Shown: positions 13,110-26,754, numbered from the whole stretch's first letter. The stretch: 63,321 bases of DNA, filler included, from Chiloscyllium plagiosum (GCF_004010195.1; 4 parts of one record of this genome joined end to end with filler, not necessarily neighbours in it); one strand, 5' to 3'. Numbers and translations: made by a program. The notes: generated from the sequence alone by a model not told the origin.

Positions 13110-13500
13110 CTTTTTTTCTTTTTGTTTTTACTTACCTCTTGCCCTGAGCTTAGGTGGCATTAGCTTTGCCGAGGCACCTCAGCACGGACTCAAGTAGGCC
13201 CAGCACAGACCTAGTGGCGATGGGTCATAGTGCATGAGGAGTAGCAACCCCAACATTGGTTGGGTCTGACGTAGATAGCAGTGAAGGAGGGATGGCGGAA
13301 CAGGCGTAATTGATGATGAGCTGGCTCAGGACTGATCAACTCTCTTTAAGCTGTACTTTTTTCTTATTCCTCGATCTGTTCAAAGTGGTGCCAGATCATG
13401 GTGACAGTGACAAAGCTTTTCACTGTATTTTATTGTTTTCTCATTGTAAGATACAAATGACAATAAAATCATTCATCATTCATCCAAAATCATTAATTCA
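13110..13500 (+). mobile_element. Non-autonomous retroposon sharing its 3' module with the 7027-7650 element
   Basis: GTGGTGCC...CTTTTCACTGTA...TGACAATAAA followed by an (ATCATTC)n-like tail. Confidence 0.5.
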
Positions 13501-14404
13501 AATTTAGCAGGTTCAACATCTTGGGACTTAGCTTTATTAATACTTTCGCTGTCAGTGTTAAAACCAACCTTTGAATTATTGAAAGGTACCTTCAAAAAAC
13601 AAGAAGTCGACTATATATGACGGTTATAAAAGTCAACTGCCATTTTGGGTTCTTGGTATTTTGAAATGTCAGAAACATTTGTGCAAAGAGTGGACACATC
13701 CTATATTCTTGCACACCTTTGCAATACAGTCCATACTATTTCTTGTTCCTTTTTGCCCAGTTATAAAGTACTGTTGAGTAAATATAAATTTATGAAGTGA
13801 AAAATTGAGGCTGACAACTAATGCAAGTGTAGCACATTATGGCTGAAAAGGGTGTTGACCTTGAGATGGAGAATATGCAAAAATGTTACTTTGTGGGACT
13901 GTTTAAAAAAAAATCATATCCACCAGACCAACTTATATGCCACAGTTCGCTGTTCTTTTGCGAATTCATTAGGTGAATTCTATGATTAAATAGTGGGAAC
14001 ACAACTTCAAGCTATTCTGACGATTTCTCTCATGCTGCTTACACTTGAGAAAAGTGCTGCAAATAAGTTTCTGGAAAATTCATGAGACACAGTTTCATTT
14101 TTCAATCATCTGTAAAGTGAGTAGGGAGCATTTTACTTTCTAGGCCATTATATTAAATTTAAAGCTATGGATAATATTTTGAAATAAAATTGCTTTATAC
14201 AACTAGGTCAACAACTGAATGACATAATCTGTTAAAATGTATCTAACTGCAGCAGTATAATTAAATGTCATGATTATGCTGTACAACTCACCCAATTAGC
14301 TATTATAATAATCATTAAGTTGGCAAATTCTATTTATTTTGCATTTGCTTTCCATTCATTGAGATCCTCTGACTAAAATTGTGCCTTTTTCCCAAACTTT
14401 TTAG

Positions 14405-14536
14405 GTGGTGCAGTTGAATGTTCTGATCAACATGTTACTGGGAGAGCTGACATCAGGGGACAGACAGAAAATTATGACTATATGCACTGTAGATGTCCAT
14501 GCTCGGGATGTGGTTGCAAAGCTCATTGCTCAGAAG
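14405..14536 (+). CDS. DNAH11: Dynein heavy chain exon, 132 nt, phase 0-0, GC donor
   Basis: ttttag|GTG...AAG|gcatgt; [44 protein letters not shown] (absent from the ORF track). Confidence 0.93.
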
Positions 14537-14643
14537 GCATGTTAGACAGTTTCCTGCATCTTTCTTGCATTTACTTTTCCTGAATAGACTACTCTCCCTT
14601 GGTACTACTATTCAACTTGTAATTTGACATCTGTTCCTATACA

Positions 14644-14765
14644 GAGTCATAGGGTCAATGAGTTGTACAACACGGAACGGACCTTTCGGTCCAACTTGTC
14701 CTTACTGACCAGACATCGCAACCCATTCTAATCCCACCTGCCAGCACCTGGTCCATATCCCTCTA
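14644..14765 (-). mobile_element. CR1 3' tail fragment
   Basis: Reverse complement of the tail at 110-230 (GGATATGG...TGCTGGCAGGTGGGA...GAAAGGTC). Confidence 0.7.
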
Positions 14766-16738
14766 AAATAGAAAAATCTGCCTTTAATTGGGAAACTATA
14801 GCTTAGATTTTAGCAGAAGCACAGAGGTGCCATGGATCTTCCTAAATTGCAGGCAGGACACTGATTTATGCCGATAGGGGAATGGAGGTGGGGTGTGACT
14901 CATAGATGAGGAAACCCAACTTACAAGGGCCATTTGTGCTCATTGCTTAGTTATAACATTTCCTGTTATTCCATAGCAAGGTCTTTAATATGCCGTGTAG
15001 AAGTTACAGAATTTTGGAATTTTTGTTTTTTTTTATTGGATTTGGGCGTCAAACCCTAGCCAGTGTTTATTACTTATCCCTAACGGCACTATCAAAGGTT
15101 GTGATCAGCAGCTTTTTTTGAACCACAGCAGTCCTTGGGCATGTAGGGACACCTACAGTAACAGTGAAGGGAATCGTAATATGTTTCCACATCAAGATGA
15201 GGAAGTGCTGAAGCAGGGATGGGGGTGCTGATGGTGGTACCTTGCAAACAGCATACCTTGGCATTGACAGACTATGCCACCTCCCAGTGTGCCCGACTCA
15301 ACCCTGAACCCACCATTGTGGAAGAGAGTTCCAAGGTTCTATCGCACTTACGTAAAGATCTTTTTTTCTTTAAAATCCCTCCTGAATGATTTGTATCTAA
15401 TGTTTGGACTGTGCCCCCAGTCTCTTCCAAAATAAAAGAAAGAGCTTATCTGAATCTACTCTTTTTGTGCTCATTTAATATCACGGAAACTTTCATTAAG
15501 TCAGCCCTTAGCCTGCCAAGTACAACTGAGTTCCATTAATCACTGATCATAATTTGAATCTTGAGTCAAGATATTAATTTCAATCTGTCTGTGTGTATGA
15601 TCCCAGCTGACATTACTATCAGACAAGTCTGATCTGTGGTTAAAACCTGGCTCGATTGAGCATTTTTTGATTTGTTTTCGTTTAAGGAAGTGGCCGCTTG
15701 CTGAGACATAAGATCTGCTTTATGTTTACTTTAATAATGGAACAGAGGTTTCTCACAAAAGAAATGAAGATGAGACAGAATAAACCAAACTATCTACTTA
15801 TAATACAAATTTAAAGATTTTTAAATTTACAATAATAGTGTAATCTTATTAATCCCAAAACACTCCTTTATAAATTGAAAAGAAACAAAACAGCTTTTTA
15901 ATAGTACCTTAAGCACATTCCTGGTCCAGTTTCAATACTTGCAGCCCTTTATCTAGCATTATGGTAGGTTTACGTTACTTGTGCCTTTTAACTTAAGCCC
16001 GGAACTGCAATATCATTTTCCCGGGGCCATGATACACTTGAGCTTAAATGTACTGAGTTTCAAGTAACTCCTTTAGAGTTTTATCTCAGCACTTCCGGTC
16101 TGTGAATAACCCTGACTCTTTGGACTGAAAAATGACTTCTAACCCACTTTTGCATACGAATCCTTTTTTATACAAAGTCCAGCATTCCATAAACCTCTTG
16201 GATTATTGATTGCACCTGTTAATGATATTTTAATTATATTTACCTGGATGCCAAAATTCTTTCGGCTTCCATTGTTTCTCGCTTTTCACCATTTTGAAAA
16301 GTCTCTGTTCTGTCTATTTTATATCTAAAATGGCTGTGTTTGCCTGCATTGAAATCTATCTGCCACAGATTTGACTAGTCACATTCAGCAGTAACCTTGG
16401 CCCCAGGGCATCTCTGCAGGAGCTCCTTAGGGTAGTGTTCTAGGCCCAGACATCTTCAGGAGCTTCATCCGTGACCTTCCCTTCCTCATAAGGTCTTCAA
16501 AACTGCAGAGTAGGTCTACATACAGCAAATGTACTTCAGTGGTTCAAGAAGGTAGCTCACCATCATGTTCAGATAGGCATTAAGGGATGGGCAATATGTG
16601 CTTAGCTTAATAAGTCATCAACACCCAAATCTAAACAAAGATATATCATTTGAATTTGATGTTTCCATTTTCACAGTTTATAAAGTTGACTGTCTTTATA
16701 TCGTCACTGATTTTTGCATATGTGGCTTTCTATCACAG

Positions 16739-16899
16739 GTTACAACTGCCCAAGCCTTTGCCTGGCTGTCTCAATTGCGACATCGCTGGGACAATGTCCA
16801 GCAGCACTGCTTTGTCAACATATGTGATGCTCAGTTTCAGTACTTTGATGAATACTTAGGGAACACTTCTCGACTGGTGATTACTCCACTGACTGACAG
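16739..16899 (+). CDS. DNAH11: Dynein heavy chain exon entering AAA1, 161 nt, phase 0-2
   Basis: tcacag|GTT...AG|gtaaat; [53 protein letters not shown](R). Confidence 0.95.
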
Positions 16900-17070
16900 G
16901 TAAATATTATTCATCCATTCTAAGATTCAAACTTCAACATTTATTTTACACAGTATTTTGACACTATATTATTGCTAGTTGACCTTTCATGGCATTGCAA
17001 ATAGGAGGGTTATTTTCCCACTGGATGGGCAACAAACAAGTTATGGACAGTCTGTGGCTAAAGTCATACT

Positions 17071-17383
17071 TTAGATTAGATTAGATTACAGTGTGGAAAC
17101 AGGCCCTTCGGCCCAACAAGTCCACACCGACCCGCCGAAGCGAAACCCACCCATACCCCTACATTTGCCCCTTACCTAACACTATGGGCAATTTAGTATG
17201 GCCAATTCACCTGGTCTGCACATCTTTGGACTGTGAGAGGAAACCGGAGCACCCGGAGGAAACCCACGCAGACATGGGGAGAATGTGCAAACTCCACACA
17301 GTCAGTCGCCTGAGGTGGGAATTGAACCCGGGTCTCTGGCGCTGTGAGGCAGCAGTGCTAACCACTGTGCCACCGTGCCACCC
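17071..17383 (-). mobile_element. HE1/V-SINE-type tRNA-derived SINE, full length
   Basis: Minus strand: GGCACGGTGGCACAGTGGTTAGCACTGCTGCCTCACAGC (A box), GGGTTCAATTCCC (B box), V-domain TGTGTGGAGTTTGCACATTCTCCCC...GGTTTCCTC, (TCTAA)n tail. Confidence 0.92.
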
Positions 17384-17969
17384 ACCATAGATGTGAGATC
17401 AATGCAATTTTCAGGCTCAGACCTCATTTATAAACTGCTGGTGTCAAGCTCCCACACTGAGCTAACCAACATAAGGTCCAGGGGAGGCAATTCTGCTTCT
17501 TCAAGTGCCAATGAAGAAAGATGATTGTTGCTGTTTTTAAAGACTGATGATTAGGCTGCTTAGTGCCTGTTACAAATGAACATGTTATGCTGTCCATCTA
17601 GTTATAAATCTCAATTGCAAATGTGATTCAATGTGCCTCATTCAAGGCCTGGCTTTATTCTTACTCTGTCATTATTCCTCTTTCCCTTTCAAGTTCCTTT
17701 GGGTATCTTTAGTATTGAAACAGCTTAACTGAGTTTGCAATACTACTGTTATGCATATTGAAGTATAATGTAGGAAAATATTATCTTGTGCACTCTGGCA
17801 GGAAGAAAAAGCAGTGTAGTATTTGAATAGAGATTGCAGAGCCATGAGGGTACAGAGGATGGTGTATAAATAACAAAGTTAGTATGCAGGTACAGCAAGT
17901 AATTAGGGAGGCAAATGGTGTGTTGTCCTTTATTACAATAACATATTGACAATATCACCATGTCATCAA

Positions 17970-18470
17970 TCCATAGGCCCAGACTGTTGCTGTGGAGATG
18001 AGTGTTCAGATTTCACCATGGAAGCTAGTAGAATTTGAATTCAATAAAATCTGGAATTGAAAGCTAATCTCAGTAATGGTAAACATAAATATGTCCATAG
18101 TGTCCAGGGATGTGCAAGCTAGATGGATTAGCCATGCGAAATACAGGGTTACAGGGGTAGAGTAGGGGGGTGGAGAGGATGCTCTTCAGACGGTCGATGT
18201 GGACCAGATGGGCCGAATGGCTTACCTTCACACTGTAGGGATTTTGTGATTATACCATTAATTGTTGTTTTTAAAAAAAATCTATATCACAAAAGTCCTT
18301 TCGGAAGTCTGCCATCCTTACACACATATGGCTCCAGACTCAGCAATGAGGTTGACTCTTAACTGCCCACTGAAATGGTGGAACAAGTCACTTCATTCCA
18401 AGGCAATTAGGGATGGACAACAAATGTTGCCCTTTCTAATGACACCTACATCCAATAAAAGAATAAAAAA
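17970..18470 (+). mobile_element. Old tRNA-headed SINE with a nested HE1-type 3' fragment (about 18093-18248)
   Basis: Degenerate B box at about 18000, body homologous to 48049-48170, tail CAAGGCAATTAGGGATGG homologous to the 3' tail of the 48041-50450 LINE family. Confidence 0.65.
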
Positions 18471-19344
18471 TACTTTTGATTAAAAGTTTACAGTTTGTCT
18501 GGAGGCATCCTTCACTGTTCTTTCCCAACGCCTTGCAATGAATGTCCCCCAAATCTCTTAGTTTATATCCTTTTTCTGGAATGGATGCTTGAGTGAATTA
18601 TTGATGAGATCTCTAGCTTATAAAGATATGCTTTCTTTCAAAATACCCTGTAGAGGTGGGGAAAGGTGATGACTGTTGAGTTCTTTTAAACAAATTTTGG
18701 GTTGAGTAGTCACCTACTGTTACTGTTTTGAATGTTTGCATGTAATATATGGCCATACTCAGTAAGTCGTACCTCATTTCTTCCGTATCATCTTTTAAGT
18801 TCTCTTTCACAAATTAGTTCCATCTTTTTATAATATTCTACCTCTGTTACCACACTAGCTGCACAGAGTGATTTTATTCATCCTATTATCTGGAATTTAT
18901 GCTTGGCCCTGTTCACAAACTTTCTGAATAAGCATTCAGAATGGCCATTACTGCAGCTGCAGTTACCTATTATCAGGCTGGTGTGCCAGGCTATTGTACA
19001 TTTCAGTCATATCAAATGTTCTCATGTATTACTGGATATTTGTATTTTAATATGCATTTAGTTCATTCAAGATAGATGAAACATCTAACACAGATTTACT
19101 TCACTTGTATCTTTCAACTATTGCATTTTGTTCAAACTTGCCAATCTTATCTATGAATAATAGTCTGTCTAGTCTGGTTTCCAACACCCTGGAAACCTTA
19201 AGGGATTTCCAGTAAACATGAACTTGAAAAGGCATTGAGTACCTCTTCAAAGTATTTGTTGCATCTTTTACACCTGAGTGAGAAATAACACCATTACCTA
19301 TACTCAGAATTGTATATAAAAGAATATTAATGGTTTGATTTCTG

Positions 19345-20410
19345 ATTTAGAACATATAGAACATAGAAGAATACAGCGCAGTACAGGCCCTTTGGCCCTC
19401 GATGTTGCGCTGATCCAAGACCACCTAACCTACACTAGCCCACTATCCTCCATATGCCTATCCAATGCCCGCTTAAATGCCCATAAAGAGGGAGAGTCCA
19501 CCACTGCTACTGGCAGGGCATTCCATGAACTCACGACTCGCTGAGTAAAGAACCTACCCCAANNNNNNNNNNNNNNNNNNNNNNNNNNNNNNNNNNNNNN
19601 NNNNNNTTAATTAATTAANNNNNNNNNNNNNNNNNNNNNNNNNNNNNNNNNNNNNNNNNNNNCTCACCTTTCCTATTCCTAACCTTAGCCCAAACTACCT
19701 CAGATGGCGAGTGTTCATCCATCGTCCTTTCCACAGCTGTAATACTATCTTTGACAAGCAATGCCACACCTCCCCCTCTTTTACCCCCCCCTCTGCCCCT
19801 ACTAAAACATTTCCACCCTGGAACCTGATACAGCCAATCCTGTCCCTGTTCTACCCATGTCTCCGTAATAGCCACAACATCGAAATCCCAGGTACCTACC
19901 ACGCTGCAAGTTCACCTACCTTATTTCGTATACTTCTTGCATTGAAGTATACACACTTCAAGCCACTTCCTGTTTACAGGCACCCTCCTTTGAGATTGAT
20001 GCCATGTTCCTAACCTCCCCACACTCCAGGTCCTGCACCCTAAAGCTACAGTCTAGGTTCCCATGCCCCTGCAGAGTTAGTTTAAACCCTCCCCAAAAGC
20101 ACTAGCAAACCTCCCCCCAAGGATACTGGTGCCCCTCAGGTTCAGGTGTAGACCATCCTGCTTATAGAGGTCCCACCTTCTCCAGAAATAACCCCAGTTA
20201 TCCAAATACCGGAATCCCTCCCTCCTGCACCATCCCTGTAGCCACGCATTTAGCTGTTCTCTCTCCCTGTTCCTCGACTCTCTATCACATGGCACGGGTA
20301 ACAAACCAGAGACAACAACTCTGTTTGTTCTAACTCTGAGCTTCCAACCTAGCTCCCTGAAAGCCTGCCTAACATTCTCAGCCCTCCTCCTACCTATGTC
20401 ATTGGTGCCA
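19345..20410 (-). mobile_element. CR1 LINE: ORF1 SGNH esterase end, ORF2 APE start and 3' tail, split by a spacer gap
   Basis: ORF 20077-20304 (LNAWLQGWCRREGF...DGLHLN), ORF 19615-19902 (DVVAITETW, GGGVALLVK); 3' tail at 19345-19562 on the same strand. Confidence 0.88.
19563..19662. other. Artificial contig spacer: 44 N + TTAATTAATTAA + 44 N
   Basis: The same 100-nt construct occurs three times; the palindrome gives stops in all six frames. Confidence 0.97.
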
Positions 20411-23400
20411 ATTTAGTATCTAATTTAGAAGTAATTTTGCAGCTTAATTGTTTTCCTCAAGATGTCCAATTCTATGTTCTATTTAAGCCACTTTAGAAAC
20501 TGCGTCTTCCAGGCATTTTTATTTATGATGCTATGTCTCCCCTTTATGTTTGTGCATTTGTTCATCTTGCTTTCTTAAAAGGTTTTTTATGTTAGCGTAA
20601 TAGCAACTGCTCTGCTAAACTTTGGGTTTTCCCACATTTTGTGGCCTGAATAAAGGGTTGCTAAACCTTTGTGGCTAAAATAGAGGACTCCACCTTCACT
20701 AGCTAATACTGACCATTCTAGCTTTTATTATGGCTTCTATGAGTGAAACCAACTGCTCGCAGCCTGAATAAATGATTCCCACTTCCTTTACGGGTTTACT
20801 GAATTAAATCCACTATATGTGGTTCTAATAATGTTTCTTAGTTTTTTTCACTTTTTTTTCTGGATACCTGTTCGATGCAGTTTAAATAAATGTCTGATAC
20901 TTTGAAGGAAATTTTAGTCAACAATCTCATGCCTTGTCTGTCAACTTAATGAAGTCTCTTAATATTCTTCTTCTGTTAGACCAACTTCTTATCTGTCCCA
21001 TTGTTGCTTCAATTCTGCCTTCGAGATGTTTTCCATCTGCAACCACAATTTAAATTTCTTACATGGCCTTTGACTTCCCTTGCTATAGCCTGCCTTGTAA
21101 TACCTGCCTGCTATGGTAACGACACTTAGTCTGAGCTGTACGTACTTTCTTTTCACTTTCTCAGCATGTAATTTTGCAACATTTTGTGAAAGGTTTTCCT
21201 GAGCCAACCAAAGATTTTACTTGAATCACAGAGCTTCCAATGTCTATATGATCTCCTGTTGTATCTGACTCGGGATTACCCACCAGGTTTTCCCTGAAGT
21301 AACTAATTCTCCTTTTCCATAAAATTCCTAACTCTTCCACTGTAGCACATTGCTTACCAGGTCTGTTTTGCTTTTACCGTTGATTGTTAATTCTTCCTTG
21401 TTGAATCTTGCCATGAGTGTTTCTTCTGGATAGCTCTCAAACATTTAGCTTTTCCTTAATGCTGTCTATTTGCATGAGATGGTGACTTAAAATTTGAAGA
21501 TGATGCAAATCTTAAGATCTCCACCATTTGTGTGAGTAGCTAAGTGAAATCCACACCACTATTCACCATGTTGGACATATAGCTAAACCAAATATGCAGC
21601 TCACCATGCGGGAGGCTTGTTGCCGCCATCCTTGTTAAGTATAGGGGTCTACAAGGCCTGCTTGGTTTGATTAGATAGAGGAAACTATTTAGTGTTTTCA
21701 TCAGACGATTGCTCAAGAATTAGTTAATCATATGTTAACAACTTGGTACAGGTTAAATTAATGTGGTCGTATGATAATCTCTGTATCAATGTCTATGTGG
21801 AGGACTTACATGCCAATAGAGTAATATGATAACTCAAGATGCTTAACCTTTATATACACATCTATATAATATCACCATAGCGGATAGTGCATGTGGCACT
21901 GCTTAGTGTTATATTGGCCAATATAAAATGTACAGAGTTTCTTACTGTAGCAATGTTATCTGACTGTACCAAACCAGCTGTTCTTTAAAGGCAGCCATCA
22001 TTCACCACTGTTTTTCACTACAATCTTTCATTCTGATATACCTCTCAAACAATTGACACTGGTTGTCCTGTTCAGTATTTTTACTCTGGATTGACCCTTG
22101 ACATTTGATGAGCTCGACTTGTCTCATTCCCCAGATCCACATCCAGCGTGGGATTCCTCACTTGGGCGGAAACATACTGATCAAGAAAACACTCCTCAAC
22201 ATGCTTCACAAATTTTTTCTCCTAACTAGATTTTACACTATTACTCTCCCAGTCTTCAATAGGATAAATAAAGCCCCCATTGCTACCTAATAGTTCTTGT
22301 ATCTCTCTGTTAGTTTCATTCAAATGTCTTCCTCTGTATCTTTCTCAATAGTTGGTGATCTGTTGAACATACCTAAAATGGCATTTCTGTTATATTCTAA
22401 CTCTAACAACATAGATTCTATCTTTAAATCCTCCACAAAGCCCATCTCTTTTTATGAAAATCTCTGTAATGTTACTACTACTCGCTGTCCTGAACATCTT
22501 GACCAGTGGTTTTATTTTGAGCTGGAGAAATGAGAGTGTGCCTCCAAGCCTGCCTGTAAACCTTTACCTGGTTTGTGGAGGTTAGGAGGGTTTAGGTTTT
22601 GCGAGCCACAATAAAGTGAATATGAATGTGGAGTGGTTAACAGGTTCACCTCCACCTCTTGCAGCCCAGATCTTAATCATATTCGCATGCTCTCTAAACC
22701 TCACCCCTCATTTACGACATATTCCCTGTGCTTCCATGTCCCCTCATACCTTATTCCATCTCATAACCCCTTTCCTCTCATACACCCATGCCCCATACCT
22801 TCATGATCCCTCCATATCCTGTCATATTCATCATACTCTCTAATACCCAATGTTCCTTCCACGTTTCCACATTCTTTCTATGCCCCCATATATCTTCATA
22901 TCTGCAACCTAGTATCCACGAATTGACAAGCCCTGGGATGTCTTTGAAATGGACATGAAAATGTAAACCTAGTAATAAACTGCACTGCCATTCAAACATA
23001 CTTAATACTGAAATAAAATCTCTCATACATGAATGACATCTTGATAAAAATGTAAATCCAAGTAAGTGGTCAATTTGTTGTAACAAAAACAAATTCATTC
23101 TCTTACTGCATTAACAACAGATAATTCTTTAATAAACTCATAGAACTGTCAATCAAGATGTAAACACAGCTTTCTAAGAAAGCTGGTGTAGCTCTTGAAA
23201 CTCAGCCAAGCATTCATAACTGCCACAGCTATCAGATCAAGCCATTGTCAATCACACAGTGAAACTAAGTTATGAGATTGCAGGCAGATTGCTTTGAAAA
23301 CAAATTAATGGTGTGGATCAGTGAGTAAGATGTACTTAAATTTTCCACATGCAGAACTTTTTTTTCGAAAGTTAAAGATCTCCTGATATTACTAAAACAG

Positions 23401-26400
23401 TACACGAATATTACCAGAAAATTTATTTTTCCTGTTTTTAATAGATTTTAACACTTCCTTTAGTGGAAACAATGGTCTAATGCATCTCAAAATTAAAACA
23501 ATGCTAGTCGATGTAATTGTCATCTTACCTTTTCAGAGCAGTCCCTTAGTGATTCACTATAGTTAGTTGCAATGACTTTACAATACAGCATCCTAATGAT
23601 AACATTTGAAGTTGTCAAAATATTTCACACTCATCTGTCAGAATGTTCCCAACTCTGCAGTAGGCTTATCCCAAACTCTTAAACTCTTCAAGCAGAAAAT
23701 GGGGATTTGAGGGTGTGAGATGCAAATTCAAATTTTGTATAGGGCTGATAGTGGCAGTGCTAACCCAGAAGAGTTGAATTGTGGCTGAAAGCCTTCTCAG
23801 CCCACAAACATCCCGTCCAAAAATAGCACAGAAATGCACAAAGTTGAAATTCTGATCCAGTGTTACCCTAATGCCATCGTGTAAATTATTGTGACATTAG
23901 GAAAGCATGTCATTTCACAAGGAAGGGTACTAAAATTCATGAACCTGGACAGTATTATCAGTATGTGAAGAGATTAGGCTAATGCTTTAGGAACAGAAAA
24001 CTAATGCAGATGTTTACATTTTTTTCTATGAACTGAAGTTACAATGAAAACTCTAATCTGCAAACATTGCAATGCTTAATCTGAAAGATGATAGCAACAC
24101 TAGATGGCAGTGTCAGAGGTTATGGCAGTGCTATTTCTAAAGACTGTTACAAGGGTTGTAACTTATTATCTCTTAGATTTCCACTGACAATAGTAATTTT
24201 CTCAGGTGTCATATGAAGTGTAAAATGTACCCAACATAGAATGTGCTGCTACTCTGCAGTCACAGCGTTAAGCTAAAACATTTTTCAAGGCTACTGGTGC
24301 CAAAGACAAGTTTCTCATTTGAAAAAAGCTGATTTCATGGATGACGATTGGCATATATTTATTGCTTTAAAAAAAAATTATTTTGTTAAAAATTTTACAT
24401 CTATTTGTTCTTTATCTCAGTGCAACTTAATTTCCAGTTGGCGGTTTGCAATCACTTTGTGTTAACTTTTCACTTTATAAATTCCTGAATTGCACATTTA
24501 TTATTGTAGATTTTGTTTATGTAAACTCATCACTTTTACAATAATGTGCTTGCTAAAGTTACTTTGATCTTTTATTCATCATAACTAGTGTATCTGTTGT
24601 CTAAGCAAATGCTTAAATGGTGTAAAAATGGGAAAAATTTAATAGTGGGATTAGCAAACATACTTATTGTTTGTATCACATATGTCTTCTATAATTCCTT
24701 CATAGAGTTCTCAGACACCCTGAAAAGCCAAAACTTGGGTTTTGTCAACAATGAACTGAATTTTCATCATGTTCTCAAAACATGTACAACATAAATGCAT
24801 TGTGGTAATGTTAACAGAAAAATAATCGAGAATCCCAGGCAACTGTTCAGATTAAAAAAAAAGAGGGTCTTGTGGCACAGTGGTATTGTCCCAATCTTTG
24901 GGTAGAAAGCCTGGGTTTCAAATCCAACCTGCTCCGGTGGTATGTCACAACATGTCTGAGTAGATTTATTGAAATATATAAAGCGCATCACCATACTCTC
25001 AGGATATATCAGCAAACTTTCAATTAATTGTTCTTCCTTAAATTACTTTGAAAACCGAGAGGACAAATTTCAAAAGTTTCATTGGATAAAATTGATTTGT
25101 TTTGAAACTAAGACATTTATATAGATTTGTATGAATTAGTATGTAATTTGTTTTATTTTATTCACAACTGCAGCATTTAACTTCATTAGGGTGGATTTTT
25201 TAAAAATTGTCATGAATCGGCCATGTTAGGTGGTGACTAAAACTCTACCTCTGTCACCATAATAATTTGTCCAATTGCCCCACAAACAGCACATGAAGAG
25301 ATAACACATGTACTTCTTGACCAATCGCAAGCCACGACGCTGGTTACCCAGACTGTCAGAAATTGTTGACCATTCAGAGGCCTGCAGTATCTGGCTTTTA
25401 AAATCTGCTAGCCCATGCCTACTCTTAGGGTACCCTGCAGTGAGAAAATAAATATATTTTGTGCTCTTCATAAGAGATAGTTATCAGGAGTAGGGGTTGG
25501 GATTTGGAGCCAAGGCCAGGAGGGTGGCTTTCAGGCCTCAACCTCTTAAGCTCCCTCCTCCACTCCTGTGCCTCAGACAGTGCCAGATTTGGACAGTCAG
25601 TAGCGCCCCTTCAACCTGGCATGCAGGTCACAGTATTTGCACAGTTGGGAAGCTTGCCACCTTTCTCACTGTTTGGAACGATGTTGTTTGGGGAGATGTT
25701 AAGTCGAACCCTTGTGGTCATTAATTGACTACTCACAGGGCTTAATTGGTGACAGGTGAGAAGATCACCAATGGGCGTTCTTTTCAACAACTTAGTGGTG
25801 ATAAAGGAGTGGGTTTCCTCTTTTTCCATACTCCAGGAAGGGGAAGATCTTGCCCTTATTGTAATTCTTATTTAATGTTGCCTTCAGAATGTGTAATAAC
25901 CCATTGGAATGAGAAAGAGGGTGGTTGGGGAGATGGCTGTCTTCAGTTTTGAAAATGAAAACAGTTGAATTGAGAAGCCAGCAAACTGCCTCATGTGTTT
26001 GATTATTAACCATTATGAAACTGGAAGTCTGTTTTCTGATACAGTTACTTATTGACTGATCGAGACAGAAGGAGATTGAGAGGGTGTGGTTAAGGTTTAC
26101 TAAGAGAACAAGATATAAATAAAGGGAAAGGCAACTTATTTTCTCCATTTCTTTCTGTTTAAAAAATATGTATGTTCTTTAAGCAAAGTTTCTTTGCGGG
26201 CAATCAATAGGAAGTGAGCATAGGAAATCAATGGAAAGAGAAACAAGTTGCAACTTACAGGGTCCTGACTAACTTACAGGCAGAGTTATGCGCTGTAGAT
26301 GTTCTTTTGTTAAATGTTGATGTAAATTAATCAATCTCTCTGCATCCTTCATTGTACTTTTTAATGCAATTGCTAAATTAAGGTCAGTTAACCTACAGTT

Positions 26401-26412
26401 TTTGGTCTGTAG

Positions 26413-26569
26413 GTGCTATATTACCCTGACACAGTCTCTTCACTTAACCATGAGTGGAGCACCTGCAGGCCCTGCTGGGACAGGCAAAACAGAGACCATT
26501 AAAGATCTTGGGCGTGCCCTAGGTGTCATGGTGTATGTCTTCAATTGTTCTGAACAGATGGATTATAAG
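26413..26569 (+). CDS. DNAH11: Dynein heavy chain exon with AAA1 Walker A, 157 nt, phase 2-0
   Basis: ctgtag|GTG...AAG|gtatgt; (R)[52 protein letters not shown]. Confidence 0.97.
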
Positions 26570-26754
26570 GTATGTTTGCTAGTTATCATGCTTCTATTTT
26601 ATTTATAAAAAGAGATACAACAACACCACAAAGCAAAGTACTGTAAATGTTATCAATCTGAAATGAAATCAAAAGAAGTTGCAAACATTGAGCAGGACAA
26701 GAGTGAAACAGTTGACTTCTAAGCAGAATAGGATGTGAACAGTATTGAATATGA

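Noticed and set aside
17300..17383. tRNA-like sequence (also at 47519, 51150 and 24866)
   Set aside because: These are SINE heads with A/B boxes that continue into SINE bodies, not tRNA genes.
19607..19618. TTAATTAATTAA palindrome as a regulatory or piggyBac target site
   Set aside because: It is centred in identical N runs three times; an assembly spacer.
20700..22500. Possible additional gene exons
   Set aside because: Only faint remnants resembling an old CR1 endonuclease region; no open exon with credible homology.
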